Both the position numbers and the translations under genes were made by a program. From an uncultured Gammaproteobacteria bacterium (GTDB lineage Bacteria; Patescibacteriota; Microgenomatia; CAZETR01; Amesbacteraceae), in NCBI GenBank assembly GCA_964518565.1, contig CAZFGX010000001.1:460470-524469 (forward strand): DNA of 64,000 nt. The letters are read 5' to 3'. The notes under the pieces were generated by a model. That model did not search any database. It had not been told where the DNA came from and saw nothing but the letters and a program-made list of their open reading frames with translations. Shown here one piece after another: positions 36,813 through 47,467 of the stretch (positions are counted from its first letter, which is position 1; every line of letters begins with the position of its first letter).

Positions 36813-36886
36813 GGAGCTATAGCTCAGTTGGCTAGAGCGTGGCATTGACATTGCCAAGGTCACAGGTTCGAGCCCTGTTAGCTCCA
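36813..36886 (+). tRNA. tRNA-Val(GAC)
   Basis: cloverleaf, loop TTGACAT. Confidence 0.93.
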
Positions 36887-37055
36887 CTAGTTGCGAAAAG
36901 TTTTTCAAGGTCGTAAAATAACTTCAATCTATTCTAGTTTGGTCTACCAAACCAAATAAAAAAACTAGACGCCTCCGCGAAACCAGAGATTATATAAGCC
37001 ACCATAGTAATTACTTGGAACCCTGGGAGTAATGAACGAGTGGCCTTTTATGTGT

Positions 37056-38294
37056 ATGAACCAAAACGATCACAAAATACTTGGCAAAGAACTAGACCTT
37101 TTTACCTTTTCAGACGTAGTCGGCAAAGGTCTGCCTCTTTGGACACCCAAAGGCGCCACAATTAGACGAGAATTAGAACGTTGGGTAGTAGACGAAGAAC
37201 TCAAGGCTGGATACCAACATGTCTATACTCCAGATATTGCCAAATTAGAATTGTATGAAAAATCTGGACATTATCCTTACTACAAGGATTCAATGTATGC
37301 ACCAATTGAAATAGACGAAGATCGTTTTATGTTGCGTCCCATGACTTGTCCACATCATTTTGAATTATTTCTGTCTCGTCCTCACAGTTACAAAGAATTA
37401 CCTTTGCGATATGCTGAATTAGCAAAGCTCTACCGATACGAGCAATCTGGTGAATTAATGGGCTTACAACGTGTAAGATCATTCTGTTTAGCTGATGCTC
37501 ATATTATCGCCCGCAAAGACCAGGTCGAACAGGAAATCCACCAAGTTCTAGACCTAATCGAAAAACTGAGTCATACACTAGGATTAAAACAAGGCGAAAA
37601 TTATAGCTACCGTTTATCTCTAGGTGACCGAAAAGATACCAAAAAATATTTCAAAGACGATGCCGCCTGGGATCATGCCGAAAATGTCTTGCGCACCGCC
37701 CTAAAACAACGTCAAGCAATATTTGTGGAAGCAGAAGGCGAAGCTGCCTTCTATGGACCAAAAATCGATATCCAAATGAAAAATGTAAATGGCAAAGAAG
37801 ACACTGCTTTCACTGTTCAATACGACTTTGTTATGCCAGGACGTTTCAATTTGGTGTATATCAACGAATCAGGAGAGCAAGAACCCGCAGTAGTCATTCA
37901 CCGCTCGTCTATTGGCGCTATCGAACGAGTAATTGCCTTTTTGATCGAACATTTTGCAGGTGCATTTCCGTTATGGCTCGCTCCAGTCCAAGTCATCGTT
38001 TTGCCGATTTCTGACAAACACCTCGATTACGCCAAACAAATAGAATCTAGCCTCAAATCAGCCAACATTCGGGTAGAACTAGACGGCCGGAGTGAATCCC
38101 TTAGCGCCAGACTCCGAGATGCCCAACTTCAAAAAACGCCCTATGTGTTTGTAGTAGGGGATAAAGAAGTCTCTGCCCAACAAGTAGCAATCAGAAAATT
38201 TGGCAGCAACGAATTAAAAACTATAAGCCAAACTGATGCTCTAAATATGTTAGTAGACCAGATTCAGTCAAAACGGTTGTCTGATATCAAATAA
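37056..38294 (+). CDS. thrS: threonyl-tRNA synthetase lacking N-terminal TGS/editing domains
   Basis: DHK.LG.ELDLF, LRPMTCPHH, AAFYGPKID, VIHRS motifs. Confidence 0.95.
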   Translation: MNQNDHKILGKELDLFTFSDVVGKGLPLWTPKGATIRRELERWVVDEELKAGYQHVYTPDIAKLELYEKSGHYPYYKDSMYAPIEIDEDRFMLRPMTCPHHFELFLSRPHSYKELPLRYAELAKLYRYEQSGELMGLQRVRSFCLADAHIIARKDQVEQEIHQVLDLIEKLSHTLGLKQGENYSYRLSLGDRKDTKKYFKDDAAWDHAENVLRTALKQRQAIFVEAEGEAAFYGPKIDIQMKNVNGKEDTAFTVQYDFVMPGRFNLVYINESGEQEPAVVIHRSSIGAIERVIAFLIEHFAGAFPLWLAPVQVIVLPISDKHLDYAKQIESSLKSANIRVELDGRSESLSARLRDAQLQKTPYVFVVGDKEVSAQQVAIRKFGSNELKTISQTDALNMLVDQIQSKRLSDIK

Positions 38295-38316
38295 ATTGCT
38301 ATAATACCCAAATCTA

Positions 38317-38847
38317 GTGAGTACACCCCAATATCGCATTAACCATCAAATTCACGCCGAACAAGTCCGACTGTTACGTGAAGATAATACCCAAATTGGC
38401 GTTGTAGCACTCACAGAAGCACTTTCACAGGCAAAATCCCTTGGAGTAGACGCAGTCGAGATTGCCCCTATGGCAAATCCACCTGTAGTCAAACTTGTCG
38501 ATTTCAAAAAATTTGTCTACCAGTTAGCCAAAAAAGAACGAGCCTCAAAAGCTCAAACCAAAAAAGTCGACATCAAAGAAATTCGCTTGACACCATTTAT
38601 GGCTGACAACGACTTTCAAACTCGCATGAATCGAGGACAGGAATTTCTAGATGAAGGCCACAAGTTGCGCATCACAGTAAAATTTTCTGGCCGCCAACTC
38701 AGTCACAAAGAATTTGGCGACCAAGTCTTCCAAAAAGCCGTCGAATTTTTGAAAGATTCGGCTGCTATCGATCAAACTCCAAAGTGGATAGGTCGCCAAT
38801 TTATTGGCACACTTACACCTGTTAAAAAAACCAAACCAGCATCATGA
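38317..38847 (+). CDS. infC: translation initiation factor IF-3
   Basis: INHQI, ANPPVVK, KEIRL motifs; thrS-infC-rpmI-rplT synteny. Confidence 0.95.
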   Translation: MSTPQYRINHQIHAEQVRLLREDNTQIGVVALTEALSQAKSLGVDAVEIAPMANPPVVKLVDFKKFVYQLAKKERASKAQTKKVDIKEIRLTPFMADNDFQTRMNRGQEFLDEGHKLRITVKFSGRQLSHKEFGDQVFQKAVEFLKDSAAIDQTPKWIGRQFIGTLTPVKKTKPAS

Positions 38848-39041
38848 AACAAAAAACACGTAAATCAGTCGCCAAACGAATTAAAATTAGTGGCAGCGGA
38901 AAAGTTCTCCGCCGTCTAGCTTTTGGTCGACATTTGCGTGGAAGCAAATCTGAACGTCAAAAACGTCGATACAAACACCAACAACAGATAACCAATGCTC
39001 GAGTAGCTCGAAGAATTAAAAGATTATTAGCTATTGCCTAA
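38844..39041 (+). CDS. rpmI: 50S ribosomal protein L35
   Basis: KTRKSVAKRIKISGSGK. Confidence 0.93.
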   Translation: MKQKTRKSVAKRIKISGSGKVLRRLAFGRHLRGSKSERQKRRYKHQQQITNARVARRIKRLLAIA

Positions 39042-39044
39042 CTT

Positions 39045-39389
39045 ATGCGCGTCAAATCAAATACTAGATATCGCCACAAAAAACTTCTAAGCCAAACTAA
39101 AGGCTTCAGAATGACCAAAAACCGTTTAGTCACTGTCGCCAGTGATGCCTTATTACATGCTGGTCAATACGCCTTCGCAGGTCGCCGCCTTCGCCGTCGC
39201 GATCTTCGTAGTCTATGGACTGTTCGTATCAACGCAGCACTCCGCGCTCTTGATAATAAATACTCAACATTTATTAGCGATCTAAAAAAATCCAACATTA
39301 CTCTCGACCGAAAAGTACTTTCAGAACTAGCTACAAACCATCCCAAAGTCTTCCAGGCAGTAGTCAAAGCCACAAAATCCAAGGCTTAA
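39045..39389 (+). CDS. rplT: 50S ribosomal protein L20
   Basis: RSLWTVRINAA, LDRKVLSELA. Confidence 0.95.
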   Translation: MRVKSNTRYRHKKLLSQTKGFRMTKNRLVTVASDALLHAGQYAFAGRRLRRRDLRSLWTVRINAALRALDNKYSTFISDLKKSNITLDRKVLSELATNHPKVFQAVVKATKSKA

Positions 39390-39410
39390 AATAAATTCTT
39401 AAAAGAAAAT

Positions 39411-39434
39411 AGCCTCCATATAGGAGGTTTTTTT
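39411..39434 (+). terminator. intrinsic terminator after rplT
   Basis: AGCCTCC/GGAGGTT stem plus T run. Confidence 0.75.
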
Positions 39435-39462
39435 ATGGGACTTAGTATAAAATAAATATGTT

Positions 39463-40488
39463 ATGTACGATAAACTAATAAATATTAAAACAGAAGCAGT
39501 GGCTAGAATTCTAAGTAGTCAAACAGCTAAAGAATTAGAAGAAATACGAATATATTACCTTGGCAAAAAAGGACAAATTGCCAAACTCGCAAAACAATTA
39601 CCAAATCTTGATACGGAAGAAAAGGCCAGATTTGGTCAATTATTCAATGATACCAAAACCGCCATTGAAACAGCATTATCCACCAAAACAATTACCAAAC
39701 CAAAAATAAAACATAACGACTATTCCGATACGCTTCCTGGTATATTGCCCCACATAGGCCATCTTCATCCAGTGACCCAAGCAATTGATGAGATATCCTC
39801 AATATTTGAAAAATTAGGCTTTACACGTGTTCAATATCCTGAAGTAGATTGGGATTGGTATGCGTTTGAAGCTCTAAATATGTCCAAGGGTCACCCCGCA
39901 CGTGACGAATGGGAAACATTTTTTATAGATCAGGAAGAAAATTCTCGTTTTGGCAAAATGGTTCTAACTCCTCACACCTCAAATGGCCAGGTTCACGAAA
40001 TGCAAAGAGTTGGTGAACCTCCGATTCGCATGATCAATATTGCTAAATGTTATCGTCGCCAATCCGATGTTTCACACACACCAATGTTTCATCAGTTTGA
40101 AGGATTGGTAATAGACGAAAATATCGCAATAACTCACCTAAAAGGCACCATAGACTATTTTGTAAAACATTTTTTCGGCTCAGATCGTCAGAGCCGCCTA
40201 CGCCCATATCATTTCCAATTTACTGAACCGTCATTTGAAGTAGATATATCCTGTGATATTTGTGGTGGCACAGGTTGCCGACTTTGCAAAGAAGGTTGGC
40301 TAGAATTAGGTGGTGCCGGCATGGTTCATCCAAATGTTCTCACTTCAGGAAACATCGATCCTAAAAAATATTCTGGCTTTGCTTTTGGTTGGGGTGTAGA
40401 ACGAACATATATGATGAAATCAGGTATAAAAATAGACGATTTACGTTTACTCTACGGCAACGATATCCGTTTCTTAAACCAATTCTAA
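39463..40488 (+). CDS. pheS: phenylalanyl-tRNA synthetase alpha
   Basis: HPAR, FHQFEGL, FTEPS, GFAFGWGVER. Confidence 0.96.
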   Translation: MYDKLINIKTEAVARILSSQTAKELEEIRIYYLGKKGQIAKLAKQLPNLDTEEKARFGQLFNDTKTAIETALSTKTITKPKIKHNDYSDTLPGILPHIGHLHPVTQAIDEISSIFEKLGFTRVQYPEVDWDWYAFEALNMSKGHPARDEWETFFIDQEENSRFGKMVLTPHTSNGQVHEMQRVGEPPIRMINIAKCYRRQSDVSHTPMFHQFEGLVIDENIAITHLKGTIDYFVKHFFGSDRQSRLRPYHFQFTEPSFEVDISCDICGGTGCRLCKEGWLELGGAGMVHPNVLTSGNIDPKKYSGFAFGWGVERTYMMKSGIKIDDLRLLYGNDIRFLNQF

Positions 40489-40490
40489 TT

Positions 40491-42329
40491 ATGAATATTC
40501 TTATTCCAGATTCCTGGTTGCGTGAATACTTACACACGAATGCAACACCCAAAGATATTCAACACTGTCTATCTTTATGTGGACCTTCTATCGAACGAAT
40601 GCACGAAAAAGATGGGGAAATAATTTACGATATCGAAGTCACTACAAACCGAGTCGACTGCATGTCAGTTATTGGTATAGCCCGCGAAGCCGTAGCTATT
40701 TTGCCCCAATTCGGTTTTGAAGCCAAGTTGACCAACAACCCTTACTCCCAAACAAAAAAAATCCAAACTGCTGAAAAAGTCGAATATCTTCATACATCCA
40801 TAGATCAACAACTATGTTCCAACTTTACAACAGTCCTCATCAAAAATATCTCAAATGCTACCTCTCCAGAATGGTTGGCCAAAAAACTTAATCAAGTAGA
40901 TATGCGACCAATCAATGTTGCAGTTGATATCACAAATTATTTAATGCACACTTTGGGCCAACCCGTTCATGTTTTCGATTACGATAAAATAGCCAACCAC
41001 ACCATCAAGCTCCGAGAAAGTAAAACAGGGGAATCAGTCATTACCCTAGACCAAAAATCCTATACGCTTTCAAATCACGACATTATTATCGAGGATGGAG
41101 ATAAAAATATTATAGATTTATCCGGTATTATGGGCGGATTAAATTCCAGTGTGGACAACGCTACAAAAAACATTCTCTTATATGTTCAAATTTACGAACC
41201 TACCCATATTCGTAAAACATCTATGAATTTAGCTATTCGCACCACGGCTGCATCGTTGTTCGAAAAATCTTTACCTACAGAAAATGTTCTACCTACATTG
41301 CAAATGGGAATTCAATTATTTAAACAGCTAGCTAATGGCACAGTTGAAAAAAACATTTTATCTATTAGCACACCATCGCCAGATAAATATGTTGTTCAAT
41401 TCACCGAATCAATCACTGAATTCACCAACAAACTTTTAGGCATAGAACTGAGCAAAAAGGAAATTAAATCTATTTTGACCAATCTGGAATTTATCATGCT
41501 CTCAGACACGCAAATTCAAGTACCCTGGTATAGATATCATGATATCCAAATTCCCCAAGACGTTGTAGAAGAAATTGCTCGAATATATGGGTATCACAAC
41601 TTGCCTTCTACAATTATGATCGGGTCAATTCCTAAATCGATATACTCGCATCGCTTTAGTCAGATTTCAAAAATGAAATCAATGTTGAAATATTCAGGAT
41701 TAACCGAAGTATATTCATACTCCCTAGTCTCTCAAGCTGCTGGTCTAAAAATCAAAAATCCACTTTCTAGTGAATGGGCATATTTACGCACTTCAATTCT
41801 CCCATCTCATCAAACAATAATAAAAGAAAATCTTGGACGAGTAGAGGAGATTAAAATATTTGAAATCGCCAATGTGTATTTGCCTGAAAAAAACACACTA
41901 CCTAAAGAACAGCCACATTTAGCAATTTCATCTACAAACAAAGACAAGCGCCACCTGAAAGGCCTTATCGAAGCTCTAATGCTAGACAGTGGTTTACCAA
42001 TGCAATCCATAACAATTGAAGAATTCACAGATAGTATCGGCTGTGAAATCGATCTTTTACCCTTACTTGAAAACGCAAATCTAAACAAAACATTTACTCC
42101 GATATCTAAATTTTCTCCAATAATTGAAGATATAAATCTACAACTTAGTCAGCCATATCCTAGTCTCGTTCACAAAATAAAAGCCGTCAGCCCCCTGATC
42201 GATAAAGTGGAATTTAAAGATTTCTATGAAGGTAAACTTACTCTTCGCATTTATTTTCACTCAAACGACAAACAGCTCTCTGTCGAGGATATTGCTTCAA
42301 TTCGAACTATTCTTTCCAATCTTGATTGA
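40491..42329 (+). CDS. pheT: phenylalanyl-tRNA synthetase beta (short form)
   Basis: SWLREY, EVTTNRVD, GQPVHVFD, DVVEEIARIYGY. Confidence 0.93.
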   Translation: MNILIPDSWLREYLHTNATPKDIQHCLSLCGPSIERMHEKDGEIIYDIEVTTNRVDCMSVIGIAREAVAILPQFGFEAKLTNNPYSQTKKIQTAEKVEYLHTSIDQQLCSNFTTVLIKNISNATSPEWLAKKLNQVDMRPINVAVDITNYLMHTLGQPVHVFDYDKIANHTIKLRESKTGESVITLDQKSYTLSNHDIIIEDGDKNIIDLSGIMGGLNSSVDNATKNILLYVQIYEPTHIRKTSMNLAIRTTAASLFEKSLPTENVLPTLQMGIQLFKQLANGTVEKNILSISTPSPDKYVVQFTESITEFTNKLLGIELSKKEIKSILTNLEFIMLSDTQIQVPWYRYHDIQIPQDVVEEIARIYGYHNLPSTIMIGSIPKSIYSHRFSQISKMKSMLKYSGLTEVYSYSLVSQAAGLKIKNPLSSEWAYLRTSILPSHQTIIKENLGRVEEIKIFEIANVYLPEKNTLPKEQPHLAISSTNKDKRHLKGLIEALMLDSGLPMQSITIEEFTDSIGCEIDLLPLLENANLNKTFTPISKFSPIIEDINLQLSQPYPSLVHKIKAVSPLIDKVEFKDFYEGKLTLRIYFHSNDKQLSVEDIASIRTILSNLD

Positions 42330-44811
42330 TTGAAAACTTCAACAAACGTGTTCCCTCAAAGCCTTTATCATCATGGGCTTTAATATCTAATTGATGTACG
42401 CCATCAGTCAAATTTGTCAGAGTGTATTCCCATGGCGCAGCAGTCAACCGTTGAATAAGTGTGCCGTCCAAACTGATTTCTGTCCAAGAAATTGTGTTTG
42501 GAGTAGCAATATCCAAACGGATTTTAACACTCGATTCATTTATTCGAACTTTATCTTTTGGCTCCAAAACAGTAATCCATACAGGGTTACTCGAACCACA
42601 TAGTTCAGTTGGTGGATGGTATTTCGGATCTTGCTGATCCTTCAACCAATTTAATATTCCCTCCTGCCACTTATTTGTCCAATTGCCCGCCTCAAATGGA
42701 TCTTGCTCAGAAAAATAAAACCCTTCTCGTTGATCATAATTTCCAGATTGAATATCAGGAACCGTAGCCAATTTCCCTTCACCTTTACACACTTTTACCA
42801 TTTTATGAATTGGGTCTTGACCAGTTGGCTCAGTACCTTTAATAAAAAATTCTTTACGCGAAACAAATCCATCATGAGCTGGATAACCTGAAAGTTTATC
42901 TACATCTAAAGAAATAATTCCAGATGGAGTCGCAAACTGATTTGCGGATCTGCCATTTTCAGCAGTTTGCATAATTCGTTTCCAAATAGGGGACGCTCCT
43001 GTAATACCAGAGGCCACTTGTGTCATAGGTGAATTATCGTTATTGCCGACCCATACACCTGTAATAGGTCCATTTGCTTCCCAGCCGACGGTCCAGTTAT
43101 CTCGCTTGTCATTCGTCGTTCCAGTTTTTACTGCAATAGTACGGCCAGGTAAAGTGAGTGATGTTGCAGCACCAAAAGTAATCGTTCTAGCTGAAGGATC
43201 TGACAAAATAGAAGACATGATAAATGCCGCTTCAGGCGAAATAACTTGGATATGTGTTTCATCACGCCACTGTTCAAGCACATTTCCATCTTTGTCCTGT
43301 ACCGTTAAAATTGCGGTAGGTTCAACCTTTTTTCCTCCATTAGCAAATGAGCTATATGCCCCTACCATATCAATTAAACGCACTTCACCGCCACCTAATG
43401 CTACCGACAAACCAAGTCGCTTTAATAGCTCTGGAGTGGGCTTCAAGGTTGTAAACCCTAAATCATATGCCTGTTGCAACATGTTTGGTATTCCGACCAA
43501 TGCCACCATTTTTACTGCAGGAATATTAATAGAATTCCCCAAAGAGTCACGAACGGAAATCGGCCCACGAAACTTACCGTCATAATTTTCTGGCACATAT
43601 TCGGGTTTGTCACCGCCTGGAAAAGCGGTTTTTACATCCATCAACATAGAAGCTGCTGTGTATCCTTTTTGTAAACCGGTTAAATATACGACTGGTTTTA
43701 TTGTAGAACCTGGCTGCCGATTAGCCGTAACGACATTGAACTTACCATCATAGTTTGGATCTGACCAACCCCTACTACCTACCATAGATAAAATTTGGCC
43801 ATTGGTGGTATCCAGGACTGCTGCTGCCCCATTGGTAATCTTTAAATGTTTTACCTTTTCTATCTCTTCAGCCACTATTTTTTCAGCCGCTTCTTGCAAA
43901 TCCAAATCTAAAGTCGTCGTAACACGCAGTCCGCCTTGCTCTACAACTTGTTCACCATACCGATCGATAAGTTGTTGTTTCACATAAAATACAAAATGTG
44001 GCGCCTTTAGTAAACCCGTCGTTTCCTGAATGGGCCAAGTTTCCAACTGTTCGTCGGCCTCTTTCTCTTGATCAGCAGTAATATAGCCATCTTCCCTCAT
44101 ACGACGCAAAACATCTTTTGTTCGTGGAATATAATTTTTTCCTGCATGGGGCGAATAATAGGGCGGCCACTGAGGTAAACCTGCCAAAATTGCTGATTCC
44201 ACTAGAGTAAGCTGTGATACTGGTTTACCAAAATAGATTTCAGCAGCCGAACCCACACCATATGCCGAGCCACCATAAGGCGCCTCATTCAAATACATTT
44301 GCAAAATTTCATCTTTACTATACTTTCCTTCGACTTGAAGTGCCAAAATAAATTCTTTCAATTTACGTACAACGGTACGCTCGGAGGTAAGCAGAGTATT
44401 TTTGACCAGTTGTTGTGTCAAACCAGATCCACCGATTACTCGATGTTTCGTAATTACATTCCAACCAATTCGTAAGGGAGTCAAAGGATCTATACCGGGA
44501 TTTTTATAAAAATTTTTATCTTCAATTGCTACAGTTGCTTGGCGAAGAGTCAAGGGAATTTGTTCAAAAGTAACAGGTGTACGTCGCTGATCGGCAAACA
44601 CATCGTAGAGCAATTTGCCATTTCGATCAAAAATCTTGGTCGAAAAACCCTCTCGTCGAACAACTTTATTAGGGTTCGGCAGATCACGTGATACGTAAAT
44701 AGCCAAACCAAAAAACCCAATGATTCCAACCACAAGACAGACAAACAAACCAGTAGATGCCCAAATAAAAATTTTTTTCCAAGCAATAGTTCGTTTCTGT
44801 ATAGGATACAC
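42307..44811 (-). CDS. class A penicillin-binding protein with C-terminal Ig-like domain
   Basis: EDKNF, GGSGLTQQLVKN, STIK, SIN, KTGT; GTG start 6 nt after TATGAT. Confidence 0.92.
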   Translation of the reverse strand: MYPIQKRTIAWKKIFIWASTGLFVCLVVGIIGFFGLAIYVSRDLPNPNKVVRREGFSTKIFDRNGKLLYDVFADQRRTPVTFEQIPLTLRQATVAIEDKNFYKNPGIDPLTPLRIGWNVITKHRVIGGSGLTQQLVKNTLLTSERTVVRKLKEFILALQVEGKYSKDEILQMYLNEAPYGGSAYGVGSAAEIYFGKPVSQLTLVESAILAGLPQWPPYYSPHAGKNYIPRTKDVLRRMREDGYITADQEKEADEQLETWPIQETTGLLKAPHFVFYVKQQLIDRYGEQVVEQGGLRVTTTLDLDLQEAAEKIVAEEIEKVKHLKITNGAAAVLDTTNGQILSMVGSRGWSDPNYDGKFNVVTANRQPGSTIKPVVYLTGLQKGYTAASMLMDVKTAFPGGDKPEYVPENYDGKFRGPISVRDSLGNSINIPAVKMVALVGIPNMLQQAYDLGFTTLKPTPELLKRLGLSVALGGGEVRLIDMVGAYSSFANGGKKVEPTAILTVQDKDGNVLEQWRDETHIQVISPEAAFIMSSILSDPSARTITFGAATSLTLPGRTIAVKTGTTNDKRDNWTVGWEANGPITGVWVGNNDNSPMTQVASGITGASPIWKRIMQTAENGRSANQFATPSGIISLDVDKLSGYPAHDGFVSRKEFFIKGTEPTGQDPIHKMVKVCKGEGKLATVPDIQSGNYDQREGFYFSEQDPFEAGNWTNKWQEGILNWLKDQQDPKYHPPTELCGSSNPVWITVLEPKDKVRINESSVKIRLDIATPNTISWTEISLDGTLIQRLTAAPWEYTLTNLTDGVHQLDIKAHDDKGFEGTRLLKFSINQDWKE

Positions 44812-44940
44812 GCTATAATCATACCAAATGCTAGATCGCAACAAACACAAACCATTCGTCAGGGTTTTGATCATTATTAGTAGCCTGGTACTTATTGCAG
44901 CCACAGTCTTGCCGTATCTAATCGCTCTGAGTTAATACCA

Positions 44941-46920
44941 ATGGACTACAGTGCTCCGATTCAACACATAAATGGCGTAGGAGAGATATATGCAAAAAAA
45001 CTAGCAAAGCTCGGGGTAATAACAGTTTTCGACCTACTCTATCACATTCCTTTTCGCTACGAGGATCGTAGCCAAATATCCCAAATTGGTCAAGTTCAAG
45101 CTGGTGAAACAGTCAGCATAATCGGTCGAGTAGAAAAAACAAAAAGTGATTACACTAAAAAAGGCAAAGCGATTCAGACAATTAATATTTCAGATGCAAC
45201 TGGCTCGATAATAATTACTTGGTTCAACCAACCATATATCACCAAAACCTTATCGGTCGGCAAGCAAGTAGCAATATACGGCAAGATAGAACTATTTGCC
45301 GGAAAAAAAACACTTATTTCCCCAGAATACGAAATAGTTAACCCCGCTAAACAGTTAATTCATATCGGCAGAGTTACCCCAATTTATCCTGAAACTGCTG
45401 GAGTTTCTTCAAAATGGCTTCGAACAAAAATATCTCAACTACTCGAGCTATTACCAGCCTCAGATCTCTTACCATTCTACAAAGTTTCCTGGCGACATGC
45501 ATTAAAAACAGTTCACTTTCCAGAAACAATTGGAGAGATAGGAGAAGTCAAACATCGTCTAGCCTTTGACGAGCTACTCATCTATCAACTTAAAGGTCTA
45601 CATCGCAAAAAAAGCTGGGACCGAAAAATTCACGGTGAAGCATTAAACATCTCCGACAAAGATTTTGATCAATTTACCAACTCACTACCATTTCAACTCA
45701 CTACCAGTCAAATCCAGGCCATCAGTCAAATCCGCCAAAATCTAAACATGACTATCCCCATGAATCGATTATTAGAAGGTGATGTAGGCAGTGGAAAAAC
45801 CATTGTAGCCGCAGCTGCTGCCTACATTTCCGCCAAAAACCACAAACAAACCCTAATTCTTGCACCAACGCAAATACTTGCTCAGCAACACGCCCAGACA
45901 CTTTCCAGTGTCTTTTCACATCACAATATGACTGTGGGACTCATCACTGGGAGTACGAAAACCGCCAAAGTTTTCGAACAAGACATAATCGTTGGCACCC
46001 ACGCACTGCTTCACACTCAACTAATCACCAAAAACATTGGTCTCGTAGTGATCGATGAACAACATCGCTTTGGTGTTTTACAACGAACACTTGCTACCAA
46101 TCTTGGTCAATCTCCCCACATTCTTACAATGACTGCAACCCCCATCCCTAGAAGCATTGCCCTAACTATCCATGGTGATTTAGATGTTTCAGTATTAAAC
46201 AGTCCACCGTCTGGCCGCCAAATAGTAAAAACCTGGGTTATACCCCAAACAAAACGAGATCATGCATACCAATGGATCAGTGAGCAAATCGATAGTACTT
46301 CTTCTCAAGTCTTTATCGTCTGCCCGTTTGTTCAACCCAGCGAATCAGCAGAAACAATCAAATCTGCAACTCAAGAAGTAGAAAAAATCAAACAACTTTT
46401 CCCAAACCACTCTGTTGGCCTACTCCACGGCAAACTTTCAGCCAAACAAAAGAATGAACAAATCGACAAATTTAAATCAGGCCAATTCCATATTCTAGTC
46501 ACTACGCCAGTAGTTGAAGTCGGCATCGATATTCCCAATGCAACAATTATGCTAATCGAAGATGCTGACCGTTTCGGTCTGGCACAACTCCATCAACTTC
46601 GAGGTCGTGTCGGTAGGGGATCCAAACAATCCTACTGCCTGCTGTTTACCAACAAACCCTCTCCACGTCTCCAAGCCTTGGAGCAGTATCATTCTGGACT
46701 AGAACTGGCAGAAATAGACCTAAAATTACGTGGACCAGGTGATATATACGGTATATCTCAACATGGAATACCTTTATTCAAAGTGGCAGATTATTCAGAT
46801 TTTAGCCTCATTTCTACAGCCAAAGACATGGCAATTAGCCTCCAAAACCAACTCGAAAATTACCCCATATTGAGAAAACTGCTTGAAAACGATAAAATAG
46901 CGTCTGTTCAACCAAATTAA
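44941..46920 (+). CDS. recG: ATP-dependent DNA helicase RecG
   Basis: GDVGSGKT, DEQHRFG, TATPIPR, QLHQLRGRVGR. Confidence 0.96.
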   Translation: MDYSAPIQHINGVGEIYAKKLAKLGVITVFDLLYHIPFRYEDRSQISQIGQVQAGETVSIIGRVEKTKSDYTKKGKAIQTINISDATGSIIITWFNQPYITKTLSVGKQVAIYGKIELFAGKKTLISPEYEIVNPAKQLIHIGRVTPIYPETAGVSSKWLRTKISQLLELLPASDLLPFYKVSWRHALKTVHFPETIGEIGEVKHRLAFDELLIYQLKGLHRKKSWDRKIHGEALNISDKDFDQFTNSLPFQLTTSQIQAISQIRQNLNMTIPMNRLLEGDVGSGKTIVAAAAAYISAKNHKQTLILAPTQILAQQHAQTLSSVFSHHNMTVGLITGSTKTAKVFEQDIIVGTHALLHTQLITKNIGLVVIDEQHRFGVLQRTLATNLGQSPHILTMTATPIPRSIALTIHGDLDVSVLNSPPSGRQIVKTWVIPQTKRDHAYQWISEQIDSTSSQVFIVCPFVQPSESAETIKSATQEVEKIKQLFPNHSVGLLHGKLSAKQKNEQIDKFKSGQFHILVTTPVVEVGIDIPNATIMLIEDADRFGLAQLHQLRGRVGRGSKQSYCLLFTNKPSPRLQALEQYHSGLELAEIDLKLRGPGDIYGISQHGIPLFKVADYSDFSLISTAKDMAISLQNQLENYPILRKLLENDKIASVQPN

Positions 46921-46929
46921 TTTAAAAAT

Positions 46930-47100
46930 ATGACACCACATCCAAAACGTCGCCGATCCACAATGCGTCAAGGTCGTCGCCGATCCACTCAATCAGTGAC
47001 GCTTCCAAAACTTGTGGAATGTACAAATTGTCACAAGCCAACAGTGGCTCATAAAGCCTGTAAATATTGTCATTTCTACAAAGGCAAAAAAGTAAAATAG
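46930..47100 (+). CDS. rpmF: 50S ribosomal protein L32 (56 aa, not in ORF track)
   Basis: translated by hand: MTPHPKRRRS...CTNC....AHKACKYC.FYKGK. Confidence 0.92.
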   Translation: MTPHPKRRRSTMRQGRRRSTQSVTLPKLVECTNCHKPTVAHKACKYCHFYKGKKVK

Positions 47101-47104
47101 GGGT

Positions 47105-47464
47105 ATGAAAACCGCCACAGATCCTCGTCACCGGCATCGCATCGAGCTTGTACAAAAGCTGTTTTCGTCTCAATTCCAAAACCAAGCCGATTCAAGCGTT
47201 AAAGATATCTGGTCAAATTTAGATAAAATTGATCCATTAATTAGCAAAATTGCCCCAGAATGGCCGATAGACAAGCTAAATCCAATAGATTTAGCCATCT
47301 TGCGTTTATCTATCTATGAATTAATCATTGACAAAAACGCCCCCTATAAAGTTATTATTGACGAAGCAGTCGAAATCGCCAAAGAATATGGCGGAGAAGG
47401 CAGTCCAGCCTTCGTCAATGGCGCTTTAGGCCACTTGGTTCAACTGGAAAATATTACGGAGTAA
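47105..47464 (+). CDS. nusB: transcription antitermination factor NusB
   Basis: DLAILRL, IIDEAVEIAKEYG, FVNGAL. Confidence 0.93.
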   Translation: MKTATDPRHRHRIELVQKLFSSQFQNQADSSVKDIWSNLDKIDPLISKIAPEWPIDKLNPIDLAILRLSIYELIIDKNAPYKVIIDEAVEIAKEYGGEGSPAFVNGALGHLVQLENITE

Positions 47465-47467
47465 TAT

